Positions 18,541 through 28,296 are shown, counted from the stretch's first letter. The stretch: DNA of 64,000 bases from Candidatus Lustribacter sp. (GCA_965277805.1 OZ255842.1:2016001-2080000), one strand, 5' to 3'. Numbers and translations are program-made. The notes: a model not told the origin generated them from the sequence alone.

Positions 18541-21500
18541 ATGGCCGGAACATCTTCCCGAGGGCAGATTCACCCGATTCTTCGGATGCTTCTGGTGTGT
18601 GCATTGCTAGCCGGCATACTGCGCTTGCTGATCGCGCCGGTATTCGCCGCCGGAGGTCAGGTGGGTATCATTAATGGGACCGTTACCGACGCAGACGGAA
18701 AGGCGATCGGGAGCGCCACAGTCAGCGCAGTTTCGCCGAGTTCCGCCTTTCGCGCCACGACCGCTTCCAACGGAACGTTTACCATCGTCGGCGTTAACGT
18801 CGACACGTACGTGATATCCGCTTCGGCTCCCGGATACGACACGAACGTCCTACGCAACGCCTCCGTGATCGGTGACCAAACATTGACGCTGCCGCTGAGA
18901 CTGACGCGGAGGCAGGACATCATCGGCAGGATCGGTGCGCATTTGGCCTCGGGCGCCTTCCAGCCGTTGCAGACGGTGGAGTCGTACACGATCAGTGGTG
19001 CGCGCATCGCGCAAACGACAGGTAGTCCGGCCGACACGAGTTTGGACGACGTCGTCCTCGCCGCTCCCGGCGTGTCGCTGAGTGAAAACGGCCTGCCGAC
19101 GATCCGCGGCGGTTCTCAGCGGGAGGTCGGCTATCAACTCGATGGCGTCACCTTTACTGAACCGGTTCTCGGCCAAAACGGATCCACCGGGCTCTTCAAC
19201 GGACTCAGTTCGGTCCAGGTGGTCGAAGGCGTCGGCGACGCTAGTCAAGGCGGGCTCGGTGCCGGGGTGATCAATGTCATCCCGAAGCGGGGAACCTATC
19301 CGGCTACGGGCGACCTCGTGCTGCAAGCCGGCGGTCCGAATTTCAACAACTTCGTCGGCGGCGAATACGGGTTTGCAACTCCGGACGGCGCTCTTTCAAA
19401 TTATGTCTCGATGGAAGACCAACGCTACGCGCCCTACTACGGGTTCCACGGGCAAGATGCCGCAGCATACGGCAATTACTTCGGTGTCTCGCTTCGGCAC
19501 ACCACGCAGTTCGCCGATAATTTCGTTTTCAAATTCGGACCGGGCAAGAACCAATCACTACAGGTTCTTTATGAAAACGTCTCGCGAATCGACTTCGGAA
19601 ACCTCGGGGGGCTGCCGCCCGGGACGTACCCGAGTGACCCATTCGCATTGCCGGCTTACCCGTTCGACAACGTCGCATATGCGGGATTCGGCGGACCTCC
19701 AACGGGCCTAGCCTACGTTCAGCCTGCTCCAAATACGCCGAGTTCGAACATTCATATAAATACGCCGGAAATCAACAATCAGTACCAAACGCGGTTCCTA
19801 AAAGTGGAATACGACAATAGCCTCAACGCCAAAACGTACTTAGCGCTGCGCTACTACAATTGGGACCAACTTCAAACCCAACAGTACCTCTCGTCGCTTG
19901 GCCCTATCCAACAGGGCGCCGCATATTGGCTCGAGGAGGGAGGCCCGACCGTGGGAACGAGCTTCGATCTCACGCACGTGTTCGGCGACAAATTAACCGT
20001 GACGTTGAACGGTCAGTACAGTGTGCTCCATCCCATAATCAATTATGAAATTCCGACGCTCACGCCGTTCTTCACGCCGATCGGCGACTTCATGCCGCCG
20101 GCCGCCGGCTGCCCGGCAGCCTATGGCGCCGGCACCGTGAGCTGCGCGTATGGTGCGGGAACGGTGCTCGAACCGGAGATCGGCCTAAACTTCAATATTT
20201 CGTATTTTCAGAATTACGGTCTCGGCTTGCGCTTCCAGTACGCCGTCAATCAGAAGCTTCGTGCAGACTTCGGAGTTCGTTACGAAGGCCAGAATCAGCA
20301 CTGGAACAATCCCTACAATCCTGATAGCGTCATCAACCCACTAGACGTGCCTCCGCAGTTGTGGACCGCGGCGATTACCAACCCGAAGGTATGGTCACCG
20401 CGTGTTGCGCTCAGCTACCAAATCGGCGCTAATGATGCGGTGCGCGCCTCATATGGCCGGTCAGCCGTGTTCATGAACGCGCAGACTGCGGGAACCCCCA
20501 CCGGCTTATACGGAAACCTTGCGGCGCTGGCCGCACTTCCTCCAAATCTCAACGGGGTGACGCCGATCCTTCCCGGAGCGCCACTTGCGAATCAATGTGG
20601 CACCATACTGAACGGCGTCGCCGGAACGTTTCCGTGCGCCAATTATTTGCAACAGTTTTACTGGGCAGCCGACCGCGCGCTCGAGCCGGTCGGTGACGGT
20701 GGTGGTCCGATGCCGGCAATCTATAACAACTACGATGCGAGTTACTCGCATCAGTTCGGTTCCAACGGAGTCGCGGTGAAGGTCACGCCCTTTTATAAAC
20801 TAGGGACGAATCTTCCGAGCTCGACGTTCTTTGGGACCCTGCCGGGCGGGACGCAGATATTCACGGAAAGCTCGAAAGGCGCTAACCGGACGACCGGCGT
20901 CGAATTCAACCTCACGACCCCGGAGAGATCCGTGGGATTTTCTGGCTTTATCTCGGCGGCCTACCAAAACGTGCTGCAATCCGCGCCGCCGCTTTCGAAC
21001 GGTGAATACAATGGAATTCCGCAGCTTTCTCCGGCGACGCTCGCCCTAGGGGACACGTACCGGGCCGGTTATGTCGCGCCCGCTGCGGTCCGCATTGGAG
21101 GCACCTATAGTTTCCGGAATGGCTTAAGCATTACGCCGATCGTTCAAATTTCTTCGGGCTTCCCATACAATGTCGGCGATCTCATTGCCAGCGGCGGACC
21201 GGGATCCACGTGCCCGGCGCAGCCAATTGCGAACTACAAGCAGGTGAATTTCGGCTGCGGAGTTCCGATTTTACTCGGTTATGAAAACACCGGCGGAACA
21301 TCGCTCAACACCAACTATTATGATCCGGCGTATTCCGGCTCGTATCTATCACCGAACATTGCAACGACGCGTGGAACGCCGAGTTCATCGAGTAGCGGCG
21401 GAGTCACGTGGACGCCGGACGTGCAGTTGAACGTGACGCTACAATACAAGCATAACCGTGATACCGTCGGGATACAGTTCGTCAATGTTGGCACCAACGG

Positions 21501-21750
21501 CTACAACAACACGACACCGACGGTGAATCCATTCTATCAGCCCGTTGCCGACGGCGTCTCCGGCCCGCAAACGGGACAGAATACGTGCATTGCGCAGTAC
21601 GGCGCGACGCGCGGCTGTTCGGCGCTTCCAAAGAACACCTACGCGTTCAGCAACGGAGCGTATCTTCTCACGAACGGTAACGTCGGTATATGGCAGCTTG
21701 CGCCCCTCGCGCCGATGTCCGTTGACCTGTATTATCGGCGAGAATTTTAG
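18541..21750 (+). CDS. TonB-dependent receptor with N-terminal carboxypeptidase-regulatory-like domain
   Basis: Signal peptide; GIINGTVTDADG.AI; plug TIRGG...YQLDG; beta-barrel repeats, SPRVALSYQ; C-terminal Phe; start could be 18586. Confidence 0.9.
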   Translation: MAGTSSRGQIHPILRMLLVCALLAGILRLLIAPVFAAGGQVGIINGTVTDADGKAIGSATVSAVSPSSAFRATTASNGTFTIVGVNVDTYVISASAPGYDTNVLRNASVIGDQTLTLPLRLTRRQDIIGRIGAHLASGAFQPLQTVESYTISGARIAQTTGSPADTSLDDVVLAAPGVSLSENGLPTIRGGSQREVGYQLDGVTFTEPVLGQNGSTGLFNGLSSVQVVEGVGDASQGGLGAGVINVIPKRGTYPATGDLVLQAGGPNFNNFVGGEYGFATPDGALSNYVSMEDQRYAPYYGFHGQDAAAYGNYFGVSLRHTTQFADNFVFKFGPGKNQSLQVLYENVSRIDFGNLGGLPPGTYPSDPFALPAYPFDNVAYAGFGGPPTGLAYVQPAPNTPSSNIHINTPEINNQYQTRFLKVEYDNSLNAKTYLALRYYNWDQLQTQQYLSSLGPIQQGAAYWLEEGGPTVGTSFDLTHVFGDKLTVTLNGQYSVLHPIINYEIPTLTPFFTPIGDFMPPAAGCPAAYGAGTVSCAYGAGTVLEPEIGLNFNISYFQNYGLGLRFQYAVNQKLRADFGVRYEGQNQHWNNPYNPDSVINPLDVPPQLWTAAITNPKVWSPRVALSYQIGANDAVRASYGRSAVFMNAQTAGTPTGLYGNLAALAALPPNLNGVTPILPGAPLANQCGTILNGVAGTFPCANYLQQFYWAADRALEPVGDGGGPMPAIYNNYDASYSHQFGSNGVAVKVTPFYKLGTNLPSSTFFGTLPGGTQIFTESSKGANRTTGVEFNLTTPERSVGFSGFISAAYQNVLQSAPPLSNGEYNGIPQLSPATLALGDTYRAGYVAPAAVRIGGTYSFRNGLSITPIVQISSGFPYNVGDLIASGGPGSTCPAQPIANYKQVNFGCGVPILLGYENTGGTSLNTNYYDPAYSGSYLSPNIATTRGTPSSSSSGGVTWTPDVQLNVTLQYKHNRDTVGIQFVNVGTNGYNNTTPTVNPFYQPVADGVSGPQTGQNTCIAQYGATRGCSALPKNTYAFSNGAYLLTNGNVGIWQLAPLAPMSVDLYYRREF

Positions 21751-21847
21751 CGGCGCGCCGGCGCTAGCCGTACGGCGCCGCGCAGACGGCGGCGCGTTTT
21801 TATGCTTTGATGTCCCCCCGACCGGGTGCGGTTGGAGGTGTACCTTC

Positions 21848-22105
21848 GTGGCCGCTAAGTTGACTGTTGCCGAGAGCTGTTCATTCCGTTGGGTCCGCGC
21901 CGCCTCCGGGCGCGCGCATCTCGACCTCGGCGAACGAGAGTCGAACAGTCTCCGCGTCCACGGGAAGCACATCATCGTGACCGCCTGCCGCGCGCATCTC
22001 AACGACACGGCCGAAGTTTTGCTCGACAGCTACTCGCCGAAGTGTTCGAATTGCCAGCAGCACGCACGCCTTCTCGCAAAACCGAAACTCGTGCCGAGTT
22101 TGTAG
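21848..22105 (+). CDS. Hypothetical 85-aa putative zinc-binding protein (H...C...CxxC)
   Basis: GGAGG RBS then GTG 21848; WVRAASGRAH...TACRAH...PKCSNC. Confidence 0.6.
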   Translation: MAAKLTVAESCSFRWVRAASGRAHLDLGERESNSLRVHGKHIIVTACRAHLNDTAEVLLDSYSPKCSNCQQHARLLAKPKLVPSL

Positions 22106-22112
22106 ATTTTGG

Positions 22113-22325
22113 TCAGGTGTGATCGGTCGGCGCGGGTTTCTTGCTGCTGTTCGCGTTTCTCGATGCTTCGCGCCACGTCGGTATCCGCTCCGAGGCCGTG
22201 GCCGTCTCGATCACGTCACGGGAATCCAGCCGACAGAAGCACGGTTGATAGCGACCGGCGCGACAGCCGTTTTCGGTGTGCAGCCCGGACGGGTGGCCGC
22301 ACCGGCACAGTACCATCATATCCAC
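22113..22325 (-). CDS. Hypothetical Cys/His-rich microprotein
   Basis: CRCGH...H...C...CFC; start overlaps the upstream stop codon. Confidence 0.55.
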   Translation of the reverse strand: MDMMVLCRCGHPSGLHTENGCRAGRYQPCFCRLDSRDVIETATASERIPTWREASRNANSSKKPAPTDHT

Positions 22326-22642
22326 TAGTGAACCAGTTTCAGGACCGGGCCAGGAACGGACGCCATATAACGCCAGTCAACCTTCTCGACCATGCTCTCG
22401 ATCGTGAACGGCTTTTCGAGCGGCTGCATGACCAACGTGGAAAGCCCGGGCTGCGTGATCCGGACGATGAGCATTGGCGGGCGCACTCCGCTGCCGAACA
22501 TGGCAAGGGCGACGAGCCGGGCGCCCTCGGTGGCCTCCTCAGGCGACTCTCCCAGCGAGCAGATGCGTGGCTCCGTACTCGTCGCAACAAAGCGTTCCCC
22601 GTGCGGTGCGACAATCAAATGAAGCGAGTCCATGTGCTGCAC
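22325..22642 (-). CDS. Hypothetical protein with a HicB-like N-terminal pattern
   Basis: GAGGTG RBS; FVATSTEPRICSLGESPEEATEGA resembles the HicB GETxEEA motif. Confidence 0.6.
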   Translation of the reverse strand: MQHMDSLHLIVAPHGERFVATSTEPRICSLGESPEEATEGARLVALAMFGSGVRPPMLIVRITQPGLSTLVMQPLEKPFTIESMVEKVDWRYMASVPGPVLKLVH

Positions 22643-22855
22643 ACACCTCGTGGAACTAGCGAAGAGATGAGGGCCCCATCCTAGCAGGCACAGCGACTGC
22701 CCGTCCGTACGAGAGCGCGCCAGAAGGTGTATCTGCGTGACTCAATCGACGAGGCGCCACGATGTCGCCGACGGTCCACCCTCTCCGCTTCCATGATTGG
22801 TCGCCGCTCCCCGGGGTACGATACCCTGGGATGTCGGTACAACCTCGATTCGACT

Positions 22856-24400
22856 ATGCTCACCGTGGCCGCACTGAAGACCGCCTCTCTTAACGTCGCC
22901 GACTGGGCGCTCCTAGATGCGAGCGTTATGGAGCTGTTCGCGGCGCCCGACCTCGACGCGACCCTCGAGGTCGTCGGCAAGCTTCTCGTGCCCCGCTATG
23001 CCGATGCCGTCGTCCTAGCCCTCGCCGATTGGCGTGACGTCGTGCGCATTGCCGCAGTCGAGGACCGCGATGCGGAGCGCCGGCGAGTCCTCGCCCTACA
23101 CTTGCACGAGATCGATGGTCGGACTTCGCCGTCGGTGATCACCACTGCACTGCCAGGTGCGCAGCTTTTCCCGCTGCAGCGAGCCGGCATTGACTTCGGG
23201 CATATCTACCTCTACAACGCAACGGTCAGTCCACTCCTTGAGCTCCTCCTGGAGCGGTGCGAGCAAGCGATGTTCAACGCCCGGCGCTTTGAACACGAGC
23301 GCTACGTCGCATTCGCCTTTCAGAACGCGGCACTCGCAAGCGAATTACCGCACGGCGACCCCTTTCAATTCAGCGCGATTTACCAGGCGGGGAGGGCCGA
23401 GGCCCTGGTCGGGGGCGATTGGTACGACGCGTTTAGGCTCGCGGATGGGCGTTTCGTGATTACCATTGGGGACGTGGAGGGCTCGGGGCTCGACGCGGCG
23501 CTCGCGATGGTGAGTTTGCGCCAGACGGTGCGTGCGGTGGCGCAGCTCAACCCCGATCCCGAGCTGATGCTCGCCAGCGCGAATCGCACACTTCAAGCAC
23601 AATTTCCGGGTCGCTACGCGACCGCGTTCGTCGGGGTCCTCGATTCCGTCACGCAGCGCTGCACGTATGCGAGCGCCGGTCATCCGCCGCCGCTCGTACG
23701 TCTAGCCGATGGTTCAATCCACATCGCCGCAAGCCACGGATGCCTGCTGGGGCTCCCACTCGACGCCGCATTGGTGGTCGACGAGATCAGCGTTCCGGCG
23801 GGTGCCGTCATGGTGTTGTACACGGATGGGCTGACGGAGTCGACGCACGACGTCCTCGCCGGCGAGCAACGCCTCGAGTCCGTACTCCGCGATCTGGACC
23901 CGCAGCAGACGGCTAACATTGCGGAGCACATCTACGCGAACGTCGTCGGTGGTCACGCTCGCGATGACATCGCGATTCTCGCGTTACGTGTCGGATCGTT
24001 GCCGAAGCTGCCGCAATGGCGTTTCGATCCGCGTTGGCCGGACGCTGCCCAACGTATTCGCTGCAGCCTCCGAGCGGAGTTCCCCGGCGTAGTTGCTGTT
24101 GAGCGCCTCTTCGATGTTGAAATGGTGGTCTCCGAGTTATTGGCGAACTGCTTGCGTCATGCACCGGGAACAGTCGAGGTCATCGCTGAGAAGCAGCCGA
24201 ACGCGTTTGTCCTCCACGTGCTCGACCGAGGCCCGGGATACGCTGTCGACGCGCGCTTGCCTGGGGATTTGTTCAGCGAATCCGGGCGCGGCCTCTTCCT
24301 CATCTCGCAACTGAGCGACGACTTTGTGGTTGTACGACGGCCGGGCGGCGGTAACCACGCCCGTATTACCTTCATATATACCAAGGAGAAGACCCGATGA
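22856..24400 (+). CDS. SpoIIE/PP2C phosphatase fused to an anti-sigma-type HATPase domain
   Basis: VGGDWYD, IGDVEGSG, ASAGHPPP, LYTDGLTE, DDIA; C-terminal SELLANC..H, VLDRGPG, ESGRGLFLI. Confidence 0.9.
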   Translation: MLTVAALKTASLNVADWALLDASVMELFAAPDLDATLEVVGKLLVPRYADAVVLALADWRDVVRIAAVEDRDAERRRVLALHLHEIDGRTSPSVITTALPGAQLFPLQRAGIDFGHIYLYNATVSPLLELLLERCEQAMFNARRFEHERYVAFAFQNAALASELPHGDPFQFSAIYQAGRAEALVGGDWYDAFRLADGRFVITIGDVEGSGLDAALAMVSLRQTVRAVAQLNPDPELMLASANRTLQAQFPGRYATAFVGVLDSVTQRCTYASAGHPPPLVRLADGSIHIAASHGCLLGLPLDAALVVDEISVPAGAVMVLYTDGLTESTHDVLAGEQRLESVLRDLDPQQTANIAEHIYANVVGGHARDDIAILALRVGSLPKLPQWRFDPRWPDAAQRIRCSLRAEFPGVVAVERLFDVEMVVSELLANCLRHAPGTVEVIAEKQPNAFVLHVLDRGPGYAVDARLPGDLFSESGRGLFLISQLSDDFVVVRRPGGGNHARITFIYTKEKTR

Positions 24401-24933
24401 CGACCGATTCAAACCACATTGAGAGCGACGAAGGCACCCGAATGGATGCCGTCCGTCGTTTCAACGTATTGGATACGCCGCCCGACGGAATGTTCGATCG
24501 GATCACCGCGCTCGCGGCACGGTTGTTCGACGTGCCGATCGCCCTGGTCACAATCGTTGACCACGACCGGATTTGGTTCAAGTCGAAATTCGGACTCGAA
24601 GGCGTCGATGAAATCGGCCGGGAGCCGGGCCTATGCGCATCGGCCGTGCTGCAAGATGGACCGTACATCGTGGAAGAGGCGCGGCGGGATCCCCGCACTC
24701 TTGCCAACCCGCTGGTCGCAGGAAAGTTCGGGCTTCAGTTCTACGCGGCGTCGCCGCTGCGAACGGCCGAGGGAGCGCGGCTCGGGACGCTTTGCATTAT
24801 CGACCGCCATCCCCGGCAATTTTCGCCTCAGCAGGCCGAGATTTTGCAAGGTCTCTCGGATATCGTCATGGACGAAATGCAGCTGCGCCTTTCATCGATG
24901 CGCGCAATTGCGGACTCGAAACGCGACGACTAG
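24397..24933 (+). CDS. Stand-alone GAF domain protein
   Basis: VLDTPPDGMFDRIT.LAA..F.VPIALV, NPLV, FYAASPL, LGTLCIID; AAGGAG RBS; ATGA overlap. Confidence 0.9.
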   Translation: MTTDSNHIESDEGTRMDAVRRFNVLDTPPDGMFDRITALAARLFDVPIALVTIVDHDRIWFKSKFGLEGVDEIGREPGLCASAVLQDGPYIVEEARRDPRTLANPLVAGKFGLQFYAASPLRTAEGARLGTLCIIDRHPRQFSPQQAEILQGLSDIVMDEMQLRLSSMRAIADSKRDD

Positions 24934-24939
24934 ACGCAG

Positions 24940-25365
24940 TTAGTGTGGTCCAATAGTGGCAGCCCGCCAACGTTGCGAGCGGATTGGCAGCACGGCCGTT
25001 ACTTCGCATCTCAGGTGGTTCGAAACAACGTCGAGATTGCGGGCGAGTTGGTTCACGATGTACAAGCCTCGGCCGCCTTGCGCGTAGAGTGGTTGAGGAC
25101 GGAGAGTCGAGAGATCGAAACAATCACCATCGTCAGTGACGCGCAGCGTCGCCCATTCATCCTCGATCAACTCGACCTTCACGCTCGTTCGCGCGCACTT
25201 CACCGCGTTCGCAACGAGTTCACCAAAAATCAACGCGGCATCGTAGCGGGCTAGTTCGCTGGTGGGATTTTTTTTCAACATGCGCGAGAACTCGTGCCGA
25301 GCTACGACGGCCCCTCTGAGATCGCCGCTCTTGATCCACCATTCCCGTGCAGTCCGTTTGCGCAT
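24940..25365 (-). CDS. RsbW/SpoIIAB-like anti-sigma factor (HATPase_c_2)
   Basis: LIFGELVANAVK, LRVTDDG, GGRGLYIV. Confidence 0.85.
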   Translation of the reverse strand: MRKRTAREWWIKSGDLRGAVVARHEFSRMLKKNPTSELARYDAALIFGELVANAVKCARTSVKVELIEDEWATLRVTDDGDCFDLSTLRPQPLYAQGGRGLYIVNQLARNLDVVSNHLRCEVTAVLPIRSQRWRAATIGPH

Positions 25366-25598
25366 CTCGTCGGTCTCATACCCAAATCATGAAGTAGCGC
25401 TCAACAGATCATCAAGGGAACGGCTACTCGTTGAACTTGTTTTTTGGGGCAGCGCGAACCACGCAAAGGGCGGAAATGATTCGATCCGAGCGTACGGTTC
25501 CGATCTTACCTTGTTAACCAAGCTACTTTCAGGGCCCAAAGCCGAATAAAGCGCTCTTACTTCTACGCAATTTGAGTGAAGCCACCGATAACGTACGC

Positions 25599-25968
25599 AT
25601 GACGAACGCTTTATTCGGAGATCCGGGCTTACTCACCGATTTAGCGTCGATGACGCCCGCTGAATTCGACGCCTTGCCTTTCGGAGCGATTGCGATGACG
25701 CAAGGCAGTATCGTTGCTGCCTACAATCGCTACGAATCCGATATGACGGGTTTCGATGCGCAGCGCATGATTGGGAAGCATTTTTTTCGCGAAATCGCAC
25801 CGTGCACGAACAATGCTATTGTCGCCGGTATTTTCGATCTCGCCGAAGAAGTCGATGAGATCGTGCCGTACGTTTTTCACGCTCAAAGGCGACATCATCG
25901 AGGTGCGTTTGCGGCTGATCAAGGATCGCGCGGCCGCGCAACAATTTGTACTTGTAGAACGCGTGTGA
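25599..25968 (+). pseudogene. pyp: Photoactive yellow protein (PYP)-like PAS protein with a 1-nt insertion (pseudogene or sequencing error)
   Basis: FDALPFGAI...YNRYESDMTG...IGKHFFREIAPCT; removing one T from 25873-25877 gives ...PYVFTLKGDIIEVRLRLIK...FVLVERV*, 122 aa. Confidence 0.8.
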
Positions 25969-26161
25969 GCGACCAATTACAACTTTGTATGTAGTCGCAA
26001 AAGCAGCGGCGCTGGGCCATCGCTTAATCCAATGGCGGGCACGTTTTGACTTATCCGAGCGTTGCACAGCTTTTCGACGATGGAAACAAATACCGGATGA
26101 GCTGGCTCCGCACGTTGTTGTTTTAATGTCGACGTACCCTGCTCACGAGGGCAAGGGCCAC

Positions 26162-27346
26162 CTATTTCAAGAGATAACCATGAGGGCGGCTCGCGCTTCG
26201 CCAGGTTTCTGTGGCTGCGTCCCACTGCGCGATATCGACGGCATTTTCGCTGATGCCGTGCTGATCGCCGGCGCCGAAATCGAAGACGCCGTTAGCGCCC
26301 ACCCAACCGTGGAGGTGGTTGATGTAATTGCGCACCTGATCTGGCGTCGGATCGGGGCCAAGGTGGCGGAGCGCATCGACATAGATCATCAGCGGGTCCC
26401 AAGCGAGGTTGGTCGCAGCGTCGGGACGCACGCCGATCGCTTTGAATGCCTTCTGGTACGCCGTTTGCGCGTCGCGCACAGGGCCCGGTTTCACCGCGTC
26501 CGGCGTCAAGGCCAACAACGTCGCGAAGTAGAGTTGCTTAGGCAAGAACGCGGCGTACGATGCTAGTTGGGAATAGACCATGTTCGAGCTCGGAACTTGC
26601 ACCGGCGCCGAATTGCCCGCATCGTTGAGCGCACGAAGGGCCGTCGCGACCGGTGTACCCGTCGCCCAAACGAAAATTGCATCGGGCCTGGCCGCGAGAA
26701 TGCGTGTCACTTGGGCCGCTGCGCTAACATCGCTCGGCGCGAAGCGTTCTTGTGCGGCGAGCTTGACGTCGCGATTCTCCGGCAACGCCAACGCCTGAAG
26801 CGCCTGCGCTTCGAGAGCAACACCGGAAGCGTCGGTCGAACTCAGCATCGCAACGCGTTTCCAGCCCCGCAACCGGAAGTAGCGCACAGCCACACGTTGT
26901 ACGTCGGGGCTCGGCGCCGATGCAGCAAAGGCGTACCCGAACGGCGTGGTGTTGATCGCCGGTGAGAGGCACCAGTCGACGGGACCGTTTTTGGCGACAA
27001 TCGGCAGCGCAGCGTTGCAAACCGGGCTCGGTCCGCCGTCGATGAAAAGCGGCACTTGCTTCGCAATAAAGCCTTGCACGATCTGCAGGTTCACCGCTGG
27101 TGATGTTTGCGAGTCGGATGCGTCGATCTTCAGCGGCCGTCCGTGGATGCCGCCCTCGCCGTTAACGACGATCTCGACCGCATGGAACGCGTCGACAAGC
27201 GATTTGCCGAGGAACGCTCCCGGCCCAGTCAAAGGAATGCTCGCATTAATGATTACAGGCGCTCCGGCGGGCTTCGCCGGGGCAGCTGCGATAAGCCCTG
27301 CGACACCCAGTATCAACGTGGCGGCGCGTAGTTTAACCCACATCAT
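26162..27346 (-). CDS. ABC substrate-binding protein, LivJ-like
   Basis: Signal peptide; PLTGPGAFLG, VNGEGGIHGRPL, DSQTSP. Confidence 0.9.
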   Translation of the reverse strand: MMWVKLRAATLILGVAGLIAAAPAKPAGAPVIINASIPLTGPGAFLGKSLVDAFHAVEIVVNGEGGIHGRPLKIDASDSQTSPAVNLQIVQGFIAKQVPLFIDGGPSPVCNAALPIVAKNGPVDWCLSPAINTTPFGYAFAASAPSPDVQRVAVRYFRLRGWKRVAMLSSTDASGVALEAQALQALALPENRDVKLAAQERFAPSDVSAAAQVTRILAARPDAIFVWATGTPVATALRALNDAGNSAPVQVPSSNMVYSQLASYAAFLPKQLYFATLLALTPDAVKPGPVRDAQTAYQKAFKAIGVRPDAATNLAWDPLMIYVDALRHLGPDPTPDQVRNYINHLHGWVGANGVFDFGAGDQHGISENAVDIAQWDAATETWRSASRPHGYLLK

Positions 27347-27359
27347 AATCTCTATCTTT

Positions 27360-28289
27360 TCAGTATGTATTTTTATCAAAGAGCACCAAGGCATTGCTGC
27401 GGTTGACTGCAGTGTGCTCGACATCTGAGAGCAGCGGGCTTTCGTCGAGCATGGACGTGAATTGTTCGGCAGCACCGCCCGGGCCGTACGGAAAGTCACT
27501 TCCGAACACGATCCGCGAGGGGTCCGCAAACACTTTCAAGCTCGGAATCGTGTACGGGCTCGACGATAGTGCCGTGTCGAAATAGAAGCGGCGGAACGAT
27601 TCCACGATGGCGTCGACGCCGGACGCGCCGGGCATGAGGGCCGCGCACGCAGCAAACCGTTGCACGGCATACGGTACGAAGCCGCCGGCGTGTGAAAGGA
27701 TCACGCGCATCTCCTGATGGCGGTCGAGCACGCCGTTCACGACCATGTCGTTTGCCGTGCGCGCTGTATCGCAGGGGAAATCGAGGAATGGTGCCGGGAT
27801 GCCGGTGAGTTCGCGAAGAGTGCTTCGCGTGGGGTGGATGAAAACGGTAGCCTTACGGCGATCGAGTTCGACCCAGAGGGGTTCGAACCACGCATCGCCC
27901 AGATACCGGTCGCCGTAGTTGGAAAGGAGCACCACGCCGTCGGCTGCCAGCACGTCGTAGGCGTAGTCGAGTTCCCTCAATGCAAAATCGATATCCGGTA
28001 ACGGGAGCGTCGCGAAGTGGCCGAAGCGCTCAGGCCAGCCGTCGACGAGGTTCGCCGTGTAGTCGTTGACGTCGCGCGCCAGCGCCGGGCGTTCACTTTC
28101 GGTCCAATCGGAAAGGGCGGGCGCCGTTAGCGAAAGGATCCCTTTCGCAATCTGCCGGGAGTCCATATACGCGATTGCCGCTTCCGGCGTCCATGCCGGC
28201 GGACGGTGGACGGAGTGACGCTCTTTAAGGCCGTCTATCCAGAACGGCGGAAGCACGTGCTGGTGGACGTCGATGCGTTCTGCGCTCAT
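27360..28289 (-). CDS. Amidohydrolase_2 family (6-methylsalicylate decarboxylase-like)
   Basis: IDVHQH, VFIHP, ILSHAGG, FYFDTA, FGSDFPY. Confidence 0.9.
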   Translation of the reverse strand: MSAERIDVHQHVLPPFWIDGLKERHSVHRPPAWTPEAAIAYMDSRQIAKGILSLTAPALSDWTESERPALARDVNDYTANLVDGWPERFGHFATLPLPDIDFALRELDYAYDVLAADGVVLLSNYGDRYLGDAWFEPLWVELDRRKATVFIHPTRSTLRELTGIPAPFLDFPCDTARTANDMVVNGVLDRHQEMRVILSHAGGFVPYAVQRFAACAALMPGASGVDAIVESFRRFYFDTALSSSPYTIPSLKVFADPSRIVFGSDFPYGPGGAAEQFTSMLDESPLLSDVEHTAVNRSNALVLFDKNTY

Positions 28290-28296
28290 GAGCGCA

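Noticed and set aside
25870-25880. Programmed +1 frameshift in pyp
   Set aside because: No stimulatory signal seen; a homopolymer error or simple mutation is more parsimonious
16075-26160. Prophage or integrative element
   Set aside because: No integrase, transposase, tRNA target or flanking att repeats recognised
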